Both the position numbers and the translations under genes were made by a program. The notes beneath the pieces are model-generated. The model had not been told where the DNA came from, did no database searches, and worked only from the letters and a program-made list of their open reading frames with translations. Source: a virus. Taken from it: a stretch of DNA of 31,809 nucleotides. The stretch is taken from IMG/VR virus record IMGVR_UViG_3300045988_016297. The stretch is one strand, 5' to 3'. Shown one piece after another: positions 24,989 to 31,553 of the stretch (its first letter is position 1; each line of letters opens with the position of its first letter).

Positions 24989-25297
24989 ATGACTTTTGAT
25001 TTTTCAGGATTAGACAAAGTGTTTGATGAACTCAATCAGAAAGCTGAGCAATTAAGTGGTAGCTATGATTTTGATGAAATTTTCCCAAAATCATATATGC
25101 AATCAGTAAGTAAATATGACTCAATAGAGGACTTTTTAAAGGCAAGTCCAGAGACTATTACGAATGCTGAAGAGTTCGAAAAAGCTGATGAAGCGGTTCT
25201 TGATGTGTTTGTATCAGAGAATACTAATTTCTCAACATGGCAAGAAATGCTTAATGATGCTAGTTCTCGATTTGTTGTGGAGAAACTGAAATTTTAA
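24989..25297 (+). CDS. Acidic orphan protein (102 aa) encoded antisense to the early operon
   Basis: AAAGGAGGA RBS 6 nt before the ATG at 24989 (MTFDFSGLDKVFDEL...). By hand count it has about 22 Asp/Glu versus about 9 Lys/Arg. It is the only plus-strand gene outside the lysogeny module. Confidence 0.75.
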   Translation: MTFDFSGLDKVFDELNQKAEQLSGSYDFDEIFPKSYMQSVSKYDSIEDFLKASPETITNAEEFEKADEAVLDVFVSENTNFSTWQEMLNDASSRFVVEKLKF

Positions 25298-25415
25298 TTT
25301 CAAATTGTTCTAGCTGAGTAATTGCTTCTTGCAATTCCTTGGCTTTTTTTGAAACTTCGTTCAAGATTTCATTTAATTCATTTTGATTATCTAAAGTAAT
25401 ATTAATTTTCGTCAT
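25260..25415 (-). CDS. Hypothetical early protein (51 aa)
   Basis: MTKINITLDNQNELNEILNEVSKKAKELQEAITQLEQFEIKISVSPQQIEN. AAGAGG RBS. Its last 38 nt overlap the 3' end of the convergent plus-strand gene. Confidence 0.5.
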   Translation of the reverse strand: MTKINITLDNQNELNEILNEVSKKAKELQEAITQLEQFEIKISVSPQQIEN

Positions 25416-25437
25416 TATTTAAACCTCTTATATTTAT

Positions 25438-25704
25438 CTAAATAACGATATTCCTTTGAATGAATTGATCTAATTCATTCTTGTCAATTCGTTTTGTTCC
25501 ATCAATTTTATAAAGATTCAATCCCATCTTGATCCATTTTCTGATGGTATTTGAACTACAATCCGCATAGTGTGCTGCACTTTCTAGTGACAACCACCGC
25601 TTTTCTGCTATCTCCTGGTCTAAGAATTCCGTGAAAGATTCTTTAAATTGAATTCGAACCACTGATCTTATTCCGTTTTCAAATTCTTCGCTTAGAATAT
25701 TCAT
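25438..25704 (-). CDS. Excisionase-family / MerR-like HTH protein
   Basis: ..WLSLESAAHYADCSSNTIRKWIKMGL..YKIDGTKRIDKNELDQFI.. is the typical Xis-type winged HTH. The start is probably the ATG at 25704 or 25710; the track's TTG at 25716 is unlikely. Confidence 0.65.
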   Translation of the reverse strand: MNILSEEFENGIRSVVRIQFKESFTEFLDQEIAEKRWLSLESAAHYADCSSNTIRKWIKMGLNLYKIDGTKRIDKNELDQFIQRNIVI

Positions 25705-25750
25705 TGTCATCTCCAATTTGTGATATAATGTAAATAGTTTCTTTTGTTGA

Positions 25751-25779
25751 GCGCCTGACTTCAGTTAGGTGCTTTTTAT
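25751..25779 (+). terminator. Plus-strand-specific intrinsic terminator
   Basis: GCGCCUGAC-UUCA-GUUAGGUGC followed by UUUUUAU. Two pairs are G:U on the plus-strand RNA and become A:C mismatches on the minus strand, so the hairpin is only strong on the plus-strand transcript. Confidence 0.5.
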
Positions 25780-26483
25780 GCGTTGTAAGCATTCAATTTC
25801 ATGATTTTCATTTTAGTGTTGGTGCTTGGTTCCCAAGTCATCCAATAGGCAAGTGCTGCTTCTGCGAATTTTTTTGGCAGTAAGTCATAGCGACTGATAT
25901 TGAAATGATCCTTGAAATCAATCTCAGCTTGTCTGAAGACCGATTGAGCGAATGCCTTATCTGCATAAGCTGGACTGTCAATTCCACCAAGACAAGCAAC
26001 GACACGAGCTTTGCGTTTCTTCAGTAGAGATTGAGCATAGCTTGGATGGATTGGCTGTTCATTCTTGAGATAGTCGATATCTTCTAGCATTGTGACTTGT
26101 TGTTTCCGAAGTTCTTTTTGACCAGTAAATAGAGCAATGAAGGCATCTTCGTCTAGGTCCTCACGAATGAAACCACCTTGTCTGCGAATAGCTGGAAGAA
26201 CTTCTGATGTCACCCAACGTTTAAATTCTTTTGCCTGTGGTAATTTACTAGATAGGATAAGCGAATATAAACCTGACTCGTTGACGACCAGCATTTCTTG
26301 AATTCCTCCGCTAGTAAGGATGCCCTGTTTTAGGGCGTCCTCTTCGTCAACGTGAAGAGCAATCGCATTTCTAGCCTTGCTATATCCTAAGATGTCAGCT
26401 ACATCTTTTCCAACGAACCAAGGCTCGTCATTGATTGTTATAGTACGGACTTCTTGCCCGTGAAAATTAAAAATCTCATTCAT
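25776..26483 (-). CDS. Antirepressor (Bro-N domain + C-terminal phage antirepressor domain)
   Basis: The N-terminus FNFHGQEVRTITINDEPWFVGKDVADILGY is the Bro-N signature. It is the second gene of the cro-side operon. Confidence 0.85.
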   Translation of the reverse strand: MNEIFNFHGQEVRTITINDEPWFVGKDVADILGYSKARNAIALHVDEEDALKQGILTSGGIQEMLVVNESGLYSLILSSKLPQAKEFKRWVTSEVLPAIRRQGGFIREDLDEDAFIALFTGQKELRKQQVTMLEDIDYLKNEQPIHPSYAQSLLKKRKARVVACLGGIDSPAYADKAFAQSVFRQAEIDFKDHFNISRYDLLPKKFAEAALAYWMTWEPSTNTKMKIMKLNAYNA

Positions 26484-26485
26484 TT

Positions 26486-26671
26486 TTATTCCTCCATCAA
26501 GTCGCTGATTGAAACACCAAGATATTTGGCGACCTTATTCAATGTTTGGGAAAGCGGAATGCTAGTATTCCATTTTCTGATGCTTCCATTGCTAAGGTCC
26601 AGATCTCTTTCTATTCGATAAATAGAAATATTGTTTTCTTTTGCTATTTTTTTAATTTTGTCATATAGCAT
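26486..26671 (-). CDS. Cro-like XRE HTH regulator (61 aa)
   Basis: First gene transcribed leftward from the switch. Its HTH ..ISIYRIERDLDLSNGSIRKW.. is paralogous to that of the divergent repressor. Confidence 0.85.
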   Translation of the reverse strand: MLYDKIKKIAKENNISIYRIERDLDLSNGSIRKWNTSIPLSQTLNKVAKYLGVSISDLMEE

Positions 26672-26945
26672 CTTTTTCTCCTTTCTTTGGAAAATTTTAT
26701 AAGAAAATTATCTTTTTTATTGACAAACGATAGAAAATATTCTACTATTAGGGTATAGAAAAGAACACTATTAAATAGGTTTTGATATCTGCTGTCTTGG
26801 CGGACCACGTTGATATGTTTAAAACTTATTTATAGCTTTGAAATTAACTTACAAGAATAGTATAATAGAAAATTTTCCTCTTGTCAACAGATAAAATAGA
26901 AAATTTTACATTTTTTGTAAGTTTTTTTTAAAAAAGGAGGAAAAA
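26672..26945. promoter_or_regulatory. Genetic switch region with divergent/overlapping promoters and four repeated operator-like motifs
   Basis: Plus strand: TTGAAA(26838)-17-TATAAT(26861) and TTGACA(26720)-17-TACTAT(26743). Minus strand: TTGACA(26887-26882)-17-TATACT(26864-26859) and TTGTCA(26726-26721) with TATAAA/TTATAA about 18-19 nt downstream. The motif A(T/A)AGAAAAT(T/A)(T/A)T occurs with its AGAAAAT core at 26702, 26732, 26867 and 26898. Confidence 0.65.
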
Positions 26946-27290
26946 ATGAGTCTACTTGATAGAATCAAGTTGTTAGCAGCTACTCATCAGATGACTATGG
27001 CTGAACTAGAAAGAAAACTAGATTTCAGCAATGGTAGTTTAAGGAAATGGGGAAGCTCTATGCCTAGCGGTGACAAAATAGAAAAAGTTGCTGATTATTT
27101 CAATGTCTCTACAGACTACTTATTGGGAAGAACTAATAACCCGAATATCGCAAACAATGGTGATGCTTCTGCACCATTGGATCTGCGTGATATTGCGGCT
27201 CAATCCATGCTGTTTGATGGAAAACCACTTACAGAAGAAGATATTGATTTCATCACTGCTGTTCTTGAGGCTCATTTAAAAAATAAATAG
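26946..27290 (+). CDS. Short XRE-family repressor (CI-like / ImmR-like, 114 aa, no peptidase domain)
   Basis: HTH ..MTMAELERKLDFSNGSLRKW.. with a strong AAAAAGGAGG RBS. It is divergent from the cro-like gene and is followed by an ImmA-type protease gene. Confidence 0.85.
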   Translation: MSLLDRIKLLAATHQMTMAELERKLDFSNGSLRKWGSSMPSGDKIEKVADYFNVSTDYLLGRTNNPNIANNGDASAPLDLRDIAAQSMLFDGKPLTEEDIDFITAVLEAHLKNK

Positions 27291-27301
27291 AGGTACATTA
27301 T

Positions 27302-27682
27302 ATGACAGTACAAGAGCTTTGTGCCAAGGAAGGTGTGAATCTCTGCTACTTTGATGGAAGCAACTGGCACAGCCCTGGCTTCTTCAATCCTACGTTGAAT
27401 GTTCTAGCGCTAGACATTAATTTGTCAGTAGAAGATCAAAAACAAGTAGCTCTTCATGAATTAGGGCATAAAGAACATACTCCTATTCAGTATGAGCTGA
27501 ATAGGGAGCTTTGCGAATTACAAGCTGATAGAAGCATGATTCATCATTTGCTTGAAGAAGAATTAAAGCTAATGGATGATATTAGGGATTTTAATTATCT
27601 TCATTTTATGGAAAAATACAGTCTGAAGACCATCGCAAATGAAACGATGGTTAAAGACGAGTTTAATTCACTAATTAGTTAA
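27302..27682 (+). CDS. ImmA/IrrE-family zinc metalloprotease (anti-repressor protease)
   Basis: It carries the HEXXH motif (VALHELGHKEH). It is 126 aa and lies immediately downstream of the XRE repressor. Confidence 0.75.
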   Translation: MTVQELCAKEGVNLCYFDGSNWHSPGFFNPTLNVLALDINLSVEDQKQVALHELGHKEHTPIQYELNRELCELQADRSMIHHLLEEELKLMDDIRDFNYLHFMEKYSLKTIANETMVKDEFNSLIS

Positions 27683-27695
27683 ATAGGAGGATCTA

Positions 27696-28190
27696 ATGAA
27701 AAAAAGTAGGCCTTTTTATAAACAAGTTTGGTTTATAATATTTATTATTTTGGTTGTTATTGGCGGTATAAGCTCTCTAACTAAACCAAAATCAAAAACC
27801 ACAAGTAGTGCAGAAAAGTCTGCTACTATTAAAAACAACACTTTTAAAATGACGGATAAGCTTGGTGAAGAGTTTGCTGTTTATCTGCGAGAAAATGCGG
27901 AAGTCTTGGACAATGGTGATAAAATAGAATTTGTTACAGGTGGAAATGCTACTGCTGTTTCTGTCCGTGTTGGAGAATCGTGGAGTGCTGAAAGTGCAAG
28001 TCGTAAAATCTATCTTGCTAATTCATTTCTTAAACAAAAAAATGAGCTGTTTAAAAAATGGGCGGCAGAAAATAACTATCAAGTTAACCTAAATAAAGAT
28101 AACCCAGAATTAATAGTTAAAGTTTCTGATTCAGATAAAACAACAATTGCCCAAGAGCATAGTGGCAAGATGAAGATACTTAATAATTAA
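27696..28190 (+). CDS. Membrane-anchored protein, candidate superinfection-exclusion (Sie-like) factor
   Basis: N-terminal TM segment (VWFIIFIILVVIGGISSL) plus an extracytoplasmic domain. It lies between the repressor module and the integrase, which is where lactococcal P335-type sie genes are found. Confidence 0.5.
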   Translation: MKKSRPFYKQVWFIIFIILVVIGGISSLTKPKSKTTSSAEKSATIKNNTFKMTDKLGEEFAVYLRENAEVLDNGDKIEFVTGGNATAVSVRVGESWSAESASRKIYLANSFLKQKNELFKKWAAENNYQVNLNKDNPELIVKVSDSDKTTIAQEHSGKMKILNN

Positions 28191-28312
28191 GTAAACAAAA
28201 AATCCCCACAATCGCCTGCAAGCTAAAATGTGAGGATGTGCTGTATAGAAAGAATGGCATTAAAAGGCCCTCTTTACTATACCCATTTTAACAAGAAATG
28301 AGGTAAAAATCA

Positions 28313-29416
28313 ATGATCAAAAAATATAAAAAAGGCGATGGTTTCGCCTACTATTTTAAAGCCTATCATGGAATTGATCCTTTGACTGGCAAGAAGATTA
28401 TAACTCTTAGGCGTGGTTTTAAAACCGAACGTGAAGCTAGACTTGCTGAAGCTAAGTGTTTGGCTGATTATGAGAAGAAAACCTTTAGAAGCAGAAATAC
28501 AACTACTACTTTCAAACAGGTATATGAAACTTGGAAAGAGCATTATAGAAATACAGTTAAAGAATCTACCTATGTTAGCCAAATTGACAAAGCTGACAGA
28601 CTTATTATCCCTCATTTTGGAGATAAGCCCATAAATAAAATTACTCTATCTATGTGCCAAGCTCAGGTCAATAAATGGGCTGAGGATTATAAGAGATTTT
28701 TTGGGATCATCAGCATTGCTAATCAGATATTTGATTATGCAATATCTATGGAATTAATTGATAGCAATCCAATGAGAAAAACTCTAAAACCAAAAAGAAC
28801 AAAGAAAGATAAGGAAGAGCTTGAACAATTCTATAATAAAGAAGAACTAAAAACTTTTTTCGAAATGGTCCAGGAACTTGATGATATAGAAATGCTCACT
28901 TTCTTCCGTTTATTGGCTTTCACAGGAATGAGGAAGAACGAAGTAGGCGCATTAAGATGGACTGATATTGACTTAGAGAGTGGGCAACTAAAAGTTAATC
29001 AAACACTAGCAAAGGGAGAAAACAATAAAATCATATTTCAAACACCGAAAACGAAAAAAAGCCAGCGAACAATATCGCTGGATCCAAAGACTATTGATAT
29101 TTTGAAAGATTGGCACAAATACAGTACAAAAGGCTTATTATTTAAAAATGAAACAGGCAGCCCTAAAAGTATTGTGCATGTCAATAACTTGCTGAACCGA
29201 GTTTGGAGAAGGTACCCTGATTTCAAGCGTATCACTCCTCATGGATTCAGGCATACACATTGCTCCCTACTGTTTGAGGCTGGAGCAACTATCAAAGAGG
29301 TCCAGGAACGACTAGGACATGAAAATATACAAACAACGATGGACATATATGCTCATGTAACCCAAAAAGCAAAAAATGAAGTTGCTGACAAATTTGCTTC
29401 CTACATTGGTTTTTAG
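28313..29416 (+). CDS. int: Tyrosine integrase (full length, 367 aa)
   Basis: It has an N-terminal arm-binding-type region (KKGDGFAYYFKAY..DPLTGKK), a SAM-like core-binding region and a catalytic domain (..TGMRKNE.., ..HGFRHTH.., ..LGHENIQTTMDIYAHV). It is adjacent to the attP-like repeats. Confidence 0.92.
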   Translation: MIKKYKKGDGFAYYFKAYHGIDPLTGKKIITLRRGFKTEREARLAEAKCLADYEKKTFRSRNTTTTFKQVYETWKEHYRNTVKESTYVSQIDKADRLIIPHFGDKPINKITLSMCQAQVNKWAEDYKRFFGIISIANQIFDYAISMELIDSNPMRKTLKPKRTKKDKEELEQFYNKEELKTFFEMVQELDDIEMLTFFRLLAFTGMRKNEVGALRWTDIDLESGQLKVNQTLAKGENNKIIFQTPKTKKSQRTISLDPKTIDILKDWHKYSTKGLLFKNETGSPKSIVHVNNLLNRVWRRYPDFKRITPHGFRHTHCSLLFEAGATIKEVQERLGHENIQTTMDIYAHVTQKAKNEVADKFASYIGF

Positions 29417-29838
29417 AATATGGGTATCACCGTGGGTATCAAAACAAAAAAACAGGCTATCCGAATATATCGGAAAGCCTTATTTTATGCTATCTAAAGC
29501 AATTATTTTGCGATTGGGTAAACAGAAACTTGTTTAATGAACACTATACAACATTTTTAGAAATAGGATTAAAAGCCTTATTAATTCAAGGTTTTCATGA
29601 TGAAATAGTTATAAAAAAATGTAATGTTTATAAAACATGGGTATCATTTTGGGTATCAATCGCACTGAAAAATGTAATAGTATATTTGCTGTTATAACCA
29701 ACATTTTAAGAAATTTCTATTATAACAGGCAAAAACTACTCATTTTAGTGGTTTAAAAATATAGGCTATCTCTCTTAAATTTCGTTTACGACTGCACTAG
29801 TCATAATCTGTCCATGCTTGGATTTTTCAGAACATTCG
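29417..29838. other. attP region
   Basis: Non-coding 422 bp downstream of int. Four copies of TGGGTATCA form two pairs 12 bp apart (29421/29433 and 29638/29650). An 11-mer, AAAAATGTAAT, lies at 29615 and 29668 and flanks the second pair. The core crossover site is not identifiable without attB. Confidence 0.6.
29454..29488 (+). terminator. Rho-independent terminator of int
   Basis: AGGCTATCCGA-ATATA-TCGGAAAGCCT (10 bp with one mismatch) followed by TATTTTAT. Confidence 0.65.
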
Positions 29839-30045
29839 TCAAGCATCTTTATTATTTTTCTTCTCTAATTCTTCCGCAAAATTCGTCAATTTGATAGCAT
29901 TTTCTAAACTCATTTTTTTGATAGGGGTTTTACCTGTTACCCATCTGCTGATTGTTGTATCGCCTATCCCAGTAGCTTTTGAAATCTTATAGGCAGTTAC
30001 AGTTTTTAGTAATTTTTGGATTTTGCTCAAATCTGCTTTATTCAT
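29839..30045 (-). CDS. Small HTH DNA-binding protein (68 aa)
   Basis: ..ISKATGIGDTTISRWVTGKTP.. helix-turn-helix motif. Its ATG shares one base with the stop of the upstream 22-codon ORF (TAATG). Confidence 0.75.
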   Translation of the reverse strand: MNKADLSKIQKLLKTVTAYKISKATGIGDTTISRWVTGKTPIKKMSLENAIKLTNFAEELEKKNNKDA

Positions 30046-30113
30046 TATTTTTTATCTCCTGAATACCAAGCGATAGCGATCGCAATGATTGCTGCAACTA
30101 GAATAATTTTCAT
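30045..30113 (-). CDS. Hydrophobic micropeptide (22 aa)
   Basis: MKIILVAAIIAIAIAWYSGDKK. GGGAG lies 10 nt upstream of the ATG. It is translationally coupled to the HTH gene. Confidence 0.4.
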   Translation of the reverse strand: MKIILVAAIIAIAIAWYSGDKK

Positions 30114-30144
30114 CTTGTTATTTCTCCCGCTTTCTGATACAATG

Positions 30145-30178
30145 AAAGGCAAGGAGAGCTTTCGCTCTCTTACCCTTT
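30145..30178 (-). other. Strand-specific RNA hairpin with a GAAA tetraloop (attenuator or processing site?)
   Basis: The minus-strand RNA reads AAAGGGUAAGAGAGC-GAAA-GCUCUCCUUGCCUUU, giving 14 pairs and one bulged C. Two G:U pairs become A:C mismatches on the other strand. It starts 6 nt after the stop of the 51-aa ORF. Confidence 0.5.
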
Positions 30179-30183
30179 AGCGA

Positions 30184-30339
30184 TTATCTCTTCCTACGTC
30201 TGCGAAACTTTGGAGCGATTTTCGCTTTTTTATTTTGCTCTTTTAGCACTTGGTACCAAGAGCGACTTTCCTTTGAAATTGCTACTGCAATTCCAATCCC
30301 GACTGTGACCCTTGCTAGCCACTCGTCTAGGTTGTCCAT
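30184..30339 (-). CDS. Small membrane protein with a polybasic tail (51 aa)
   Basis: MDNLDEWLARVTVGIGIAVAISKESRSWYQVLKEQNKKAKIAPKFRRRRKR. A strong AAGGAGGTGA RBS lies 5 nt upstream of the ATG. It is the first gene after a consensus promoter. Confidence 0.6.
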   Translation of the reverse strand: MDNLDEWLARVTVGIGIAVAISKESRSWYQVLKEQNKKAKIAPKFRRRRKR

Positions 30340-30363
30340 TTGTATCACCTCCTTACATTATTA

Positions 30364-30392
30364 ATTATACCGCATTTTAATGCACTAGTCAA
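30364..30392 (-). promoter_or_regulatory. Near-consensus sigma70-type promoter of the small-gene cassette
   Basis: Minus strand: TTGACT (30392-30387), a 17-nt spacer, then TATAAT (30369-30364). The spacer contains the small palindrome GCATTAAAATGC. Confidence 0.7.
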
Positions 30393-30422
30393 CCCTTTTT
30401 TATAACTTTTTTTATATTTTTT

Positions 30423-30460
30423 TAAAACAAAAAGCCCTACTAGCTAAATGCTAGTAGGGT
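30423..30460 (-). terminator. Rho-independent terminator after the endolysin gene
   Basis: CCCTACTAGC-ATTTA-GCTAGTAGGG (10-bp perfect stem), extended by a G:U pair whose 3' C leads into UUUUUGUUUU on the minus strand. Confidence 0.85.
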
Positions 30461-30476
30461 TGAATTATATTTTTTA

Positions 30477-31214
30477 TTATTCTAGCATACCCCATAGATC
30501 TGTACGGTTGCCGGCTTCATCCACGGGACCGATAGCCATATAGTTACGGTTGCCTGAAACTCCCACGTAAGAGATCCAGCGATAGCCCGCATTTGTACCC
30601 TTGGAATCATAATGAACCTTTTCGCCCGGTTGATAAGTTGCCACGATTTCACCGGTTAAATCCGGATAACGGCGGACATTGATAGGACTATCACCAACTG
30701 TAAAGGTAGCTTCTTCAGGGAAAAACGGTACTTCATGACTTTCCATGACTTCCGTAATAACTTCTTTAAGTTCTTCTTTTGGAAGTGGTTCGCCTTTAGG
30801 TCGAAAAGCCGTAGGATATAAAGCAGAATAAGGGAAGGCCAAAAGATTGAAAGCACCCCCACCATTTGGCCCAGGTGTTCCGCCTTGGTTTTGGCCAAGG
30901 AACCAGCCTTGGTTTCCGTCAATATCACTTACAAACATAGCGACGTGAGAAACCGGGGTCAATTCGTTTTCTGTGAAAATACAAACTTCTCCGCCTTCTA
31001 ATTTTTCTACTTCGTCGAAGTAATCAAGAATTCCATTACTATAACGCTGTTCCCAAATATCTTTAACATAGCCGGAATTGGTACAGTTAGCAAAGGGGAG
31101 GCCTAGCCAAATACAATATTTAGCATATCCGTCCCAGCATTGCCACCCGTAAGATCCATCAATATCAAAGCCATATCCTAGCACTTCATTTTGAAATAGT
31201 TGAATTTTATCCAT
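30477..31214 (-). CDS. Endolysin: N-terminal CHAP domain + C-terminal SH3-like cell-wall-binding domain
   Basis: ..YGWQCWDGYAKY.. contains the catalytic Cys context and ..VSHVAMFV.. the His of the CHAP domain. A Pro/Glu-rich linker follows. The C-terminus is ..INVRRYPDLTGEIVATYQPGEKVHYDS..GYRWISYV.., typical of SH3b. GAGGTG RBS. Confidence 0.85.
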   Translation of the reverse strand: MDKIQLFQNEVLGYGFDIDGSYGWQCWDGYAKYCIWLGLPFANCTNSGYVKDIWEQRYSNGILDYFDEVEKLEGGEVCIFTENELTPVSHVAMFVSDIDGNQGWFLGQNQGGTPGPNGGGAFNLLAFPYSALYPTAFRPKGEPLPKEELKEVITEVMESHEVPFFPEEATFTVGDSPINVRRYPDLTGEIVATYQPGEKVHYDSKGTNAGYRWISYVGVSGNRNYMAIGPVDEAGNRTDLWGMLE

Positions 31215-31223
31215 GTTTTCACC

Positions 31224-31553
31224 TCATTTTTTCCAGGCGTCATTAGCTGTTTTTACCGCTGACTCAATAAATGTATTTAACTGATCATTGGTTAAATAAA
31301 TGTTATAAGCTTCAAGGCCTTCAATAAGGCTTGTTTTAGCGTGTTCTAGCTTGTCAGCGCCGTGAATGTCTAACTTATCGGCCACTTGTTCGGTAGCCTG
31401 TACGGCGTTTTTAGCTAGAATTTCAGCGGTTTCAAGTGCTTTCTTCCCCCCACGGGTGAGAAGGTATTGTTTGACTGAATTAACAACAATTCCCACTAAC
31501 ACTACAAGAATACTCATAGCCCCACTTACAACAATATCAGTAATTTGATTCAT
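31224..31553 (-). CDS. Holin-like protein, LL-H type (single N-terminal TM, 109 aa)
   Basis: MNQITDIVVSGAMSILVVLVGIVVNSV TM segment followed by a helical soluble domain. It has an ATGA overlap with the upstream holin. Confidence 0.65.
   Translation of the reverse strand: MNQITDIVVSGAMSILVVLVGIVVNSVKQYLLTRGGKKALETAEILAKNAVQATEQVADKLDIHGADKLEHAKTSLIEGLEAYNIYLTNDQLNTFIESAVKTANDAWKK

Noticed and set aside
25320-25350. AATTGC-TTCTT-GCAATT hairpin as the terminator of the plus-strand acidic gene
   Set aside because: It is only a 6-bp AT-rich stem, and the T-run starts 8 nt after the stem. The sequence also lies inside the minus-strand 51-aa ORF. It is too weak to call.
28310-28615. 101-aa minus-strand ORF opposite the integrase 5' end
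   Set aside because: It is antisense to a confidently identified integrase, has no RBS and gives a low-complexity translation.
29793-30391. 11-mer TGCACTAGTCA present at 29793-29803 and 30381-30391, flanking the small-gene cassette. This could be a target-site duplication or an operator pair.
   Set aside because: Exact 11-mers recurring within a few hundred bp are expected several times by chance in 32 kb. No extended similarity surrounds them. Kept only as a weak possibility for HTH binding.
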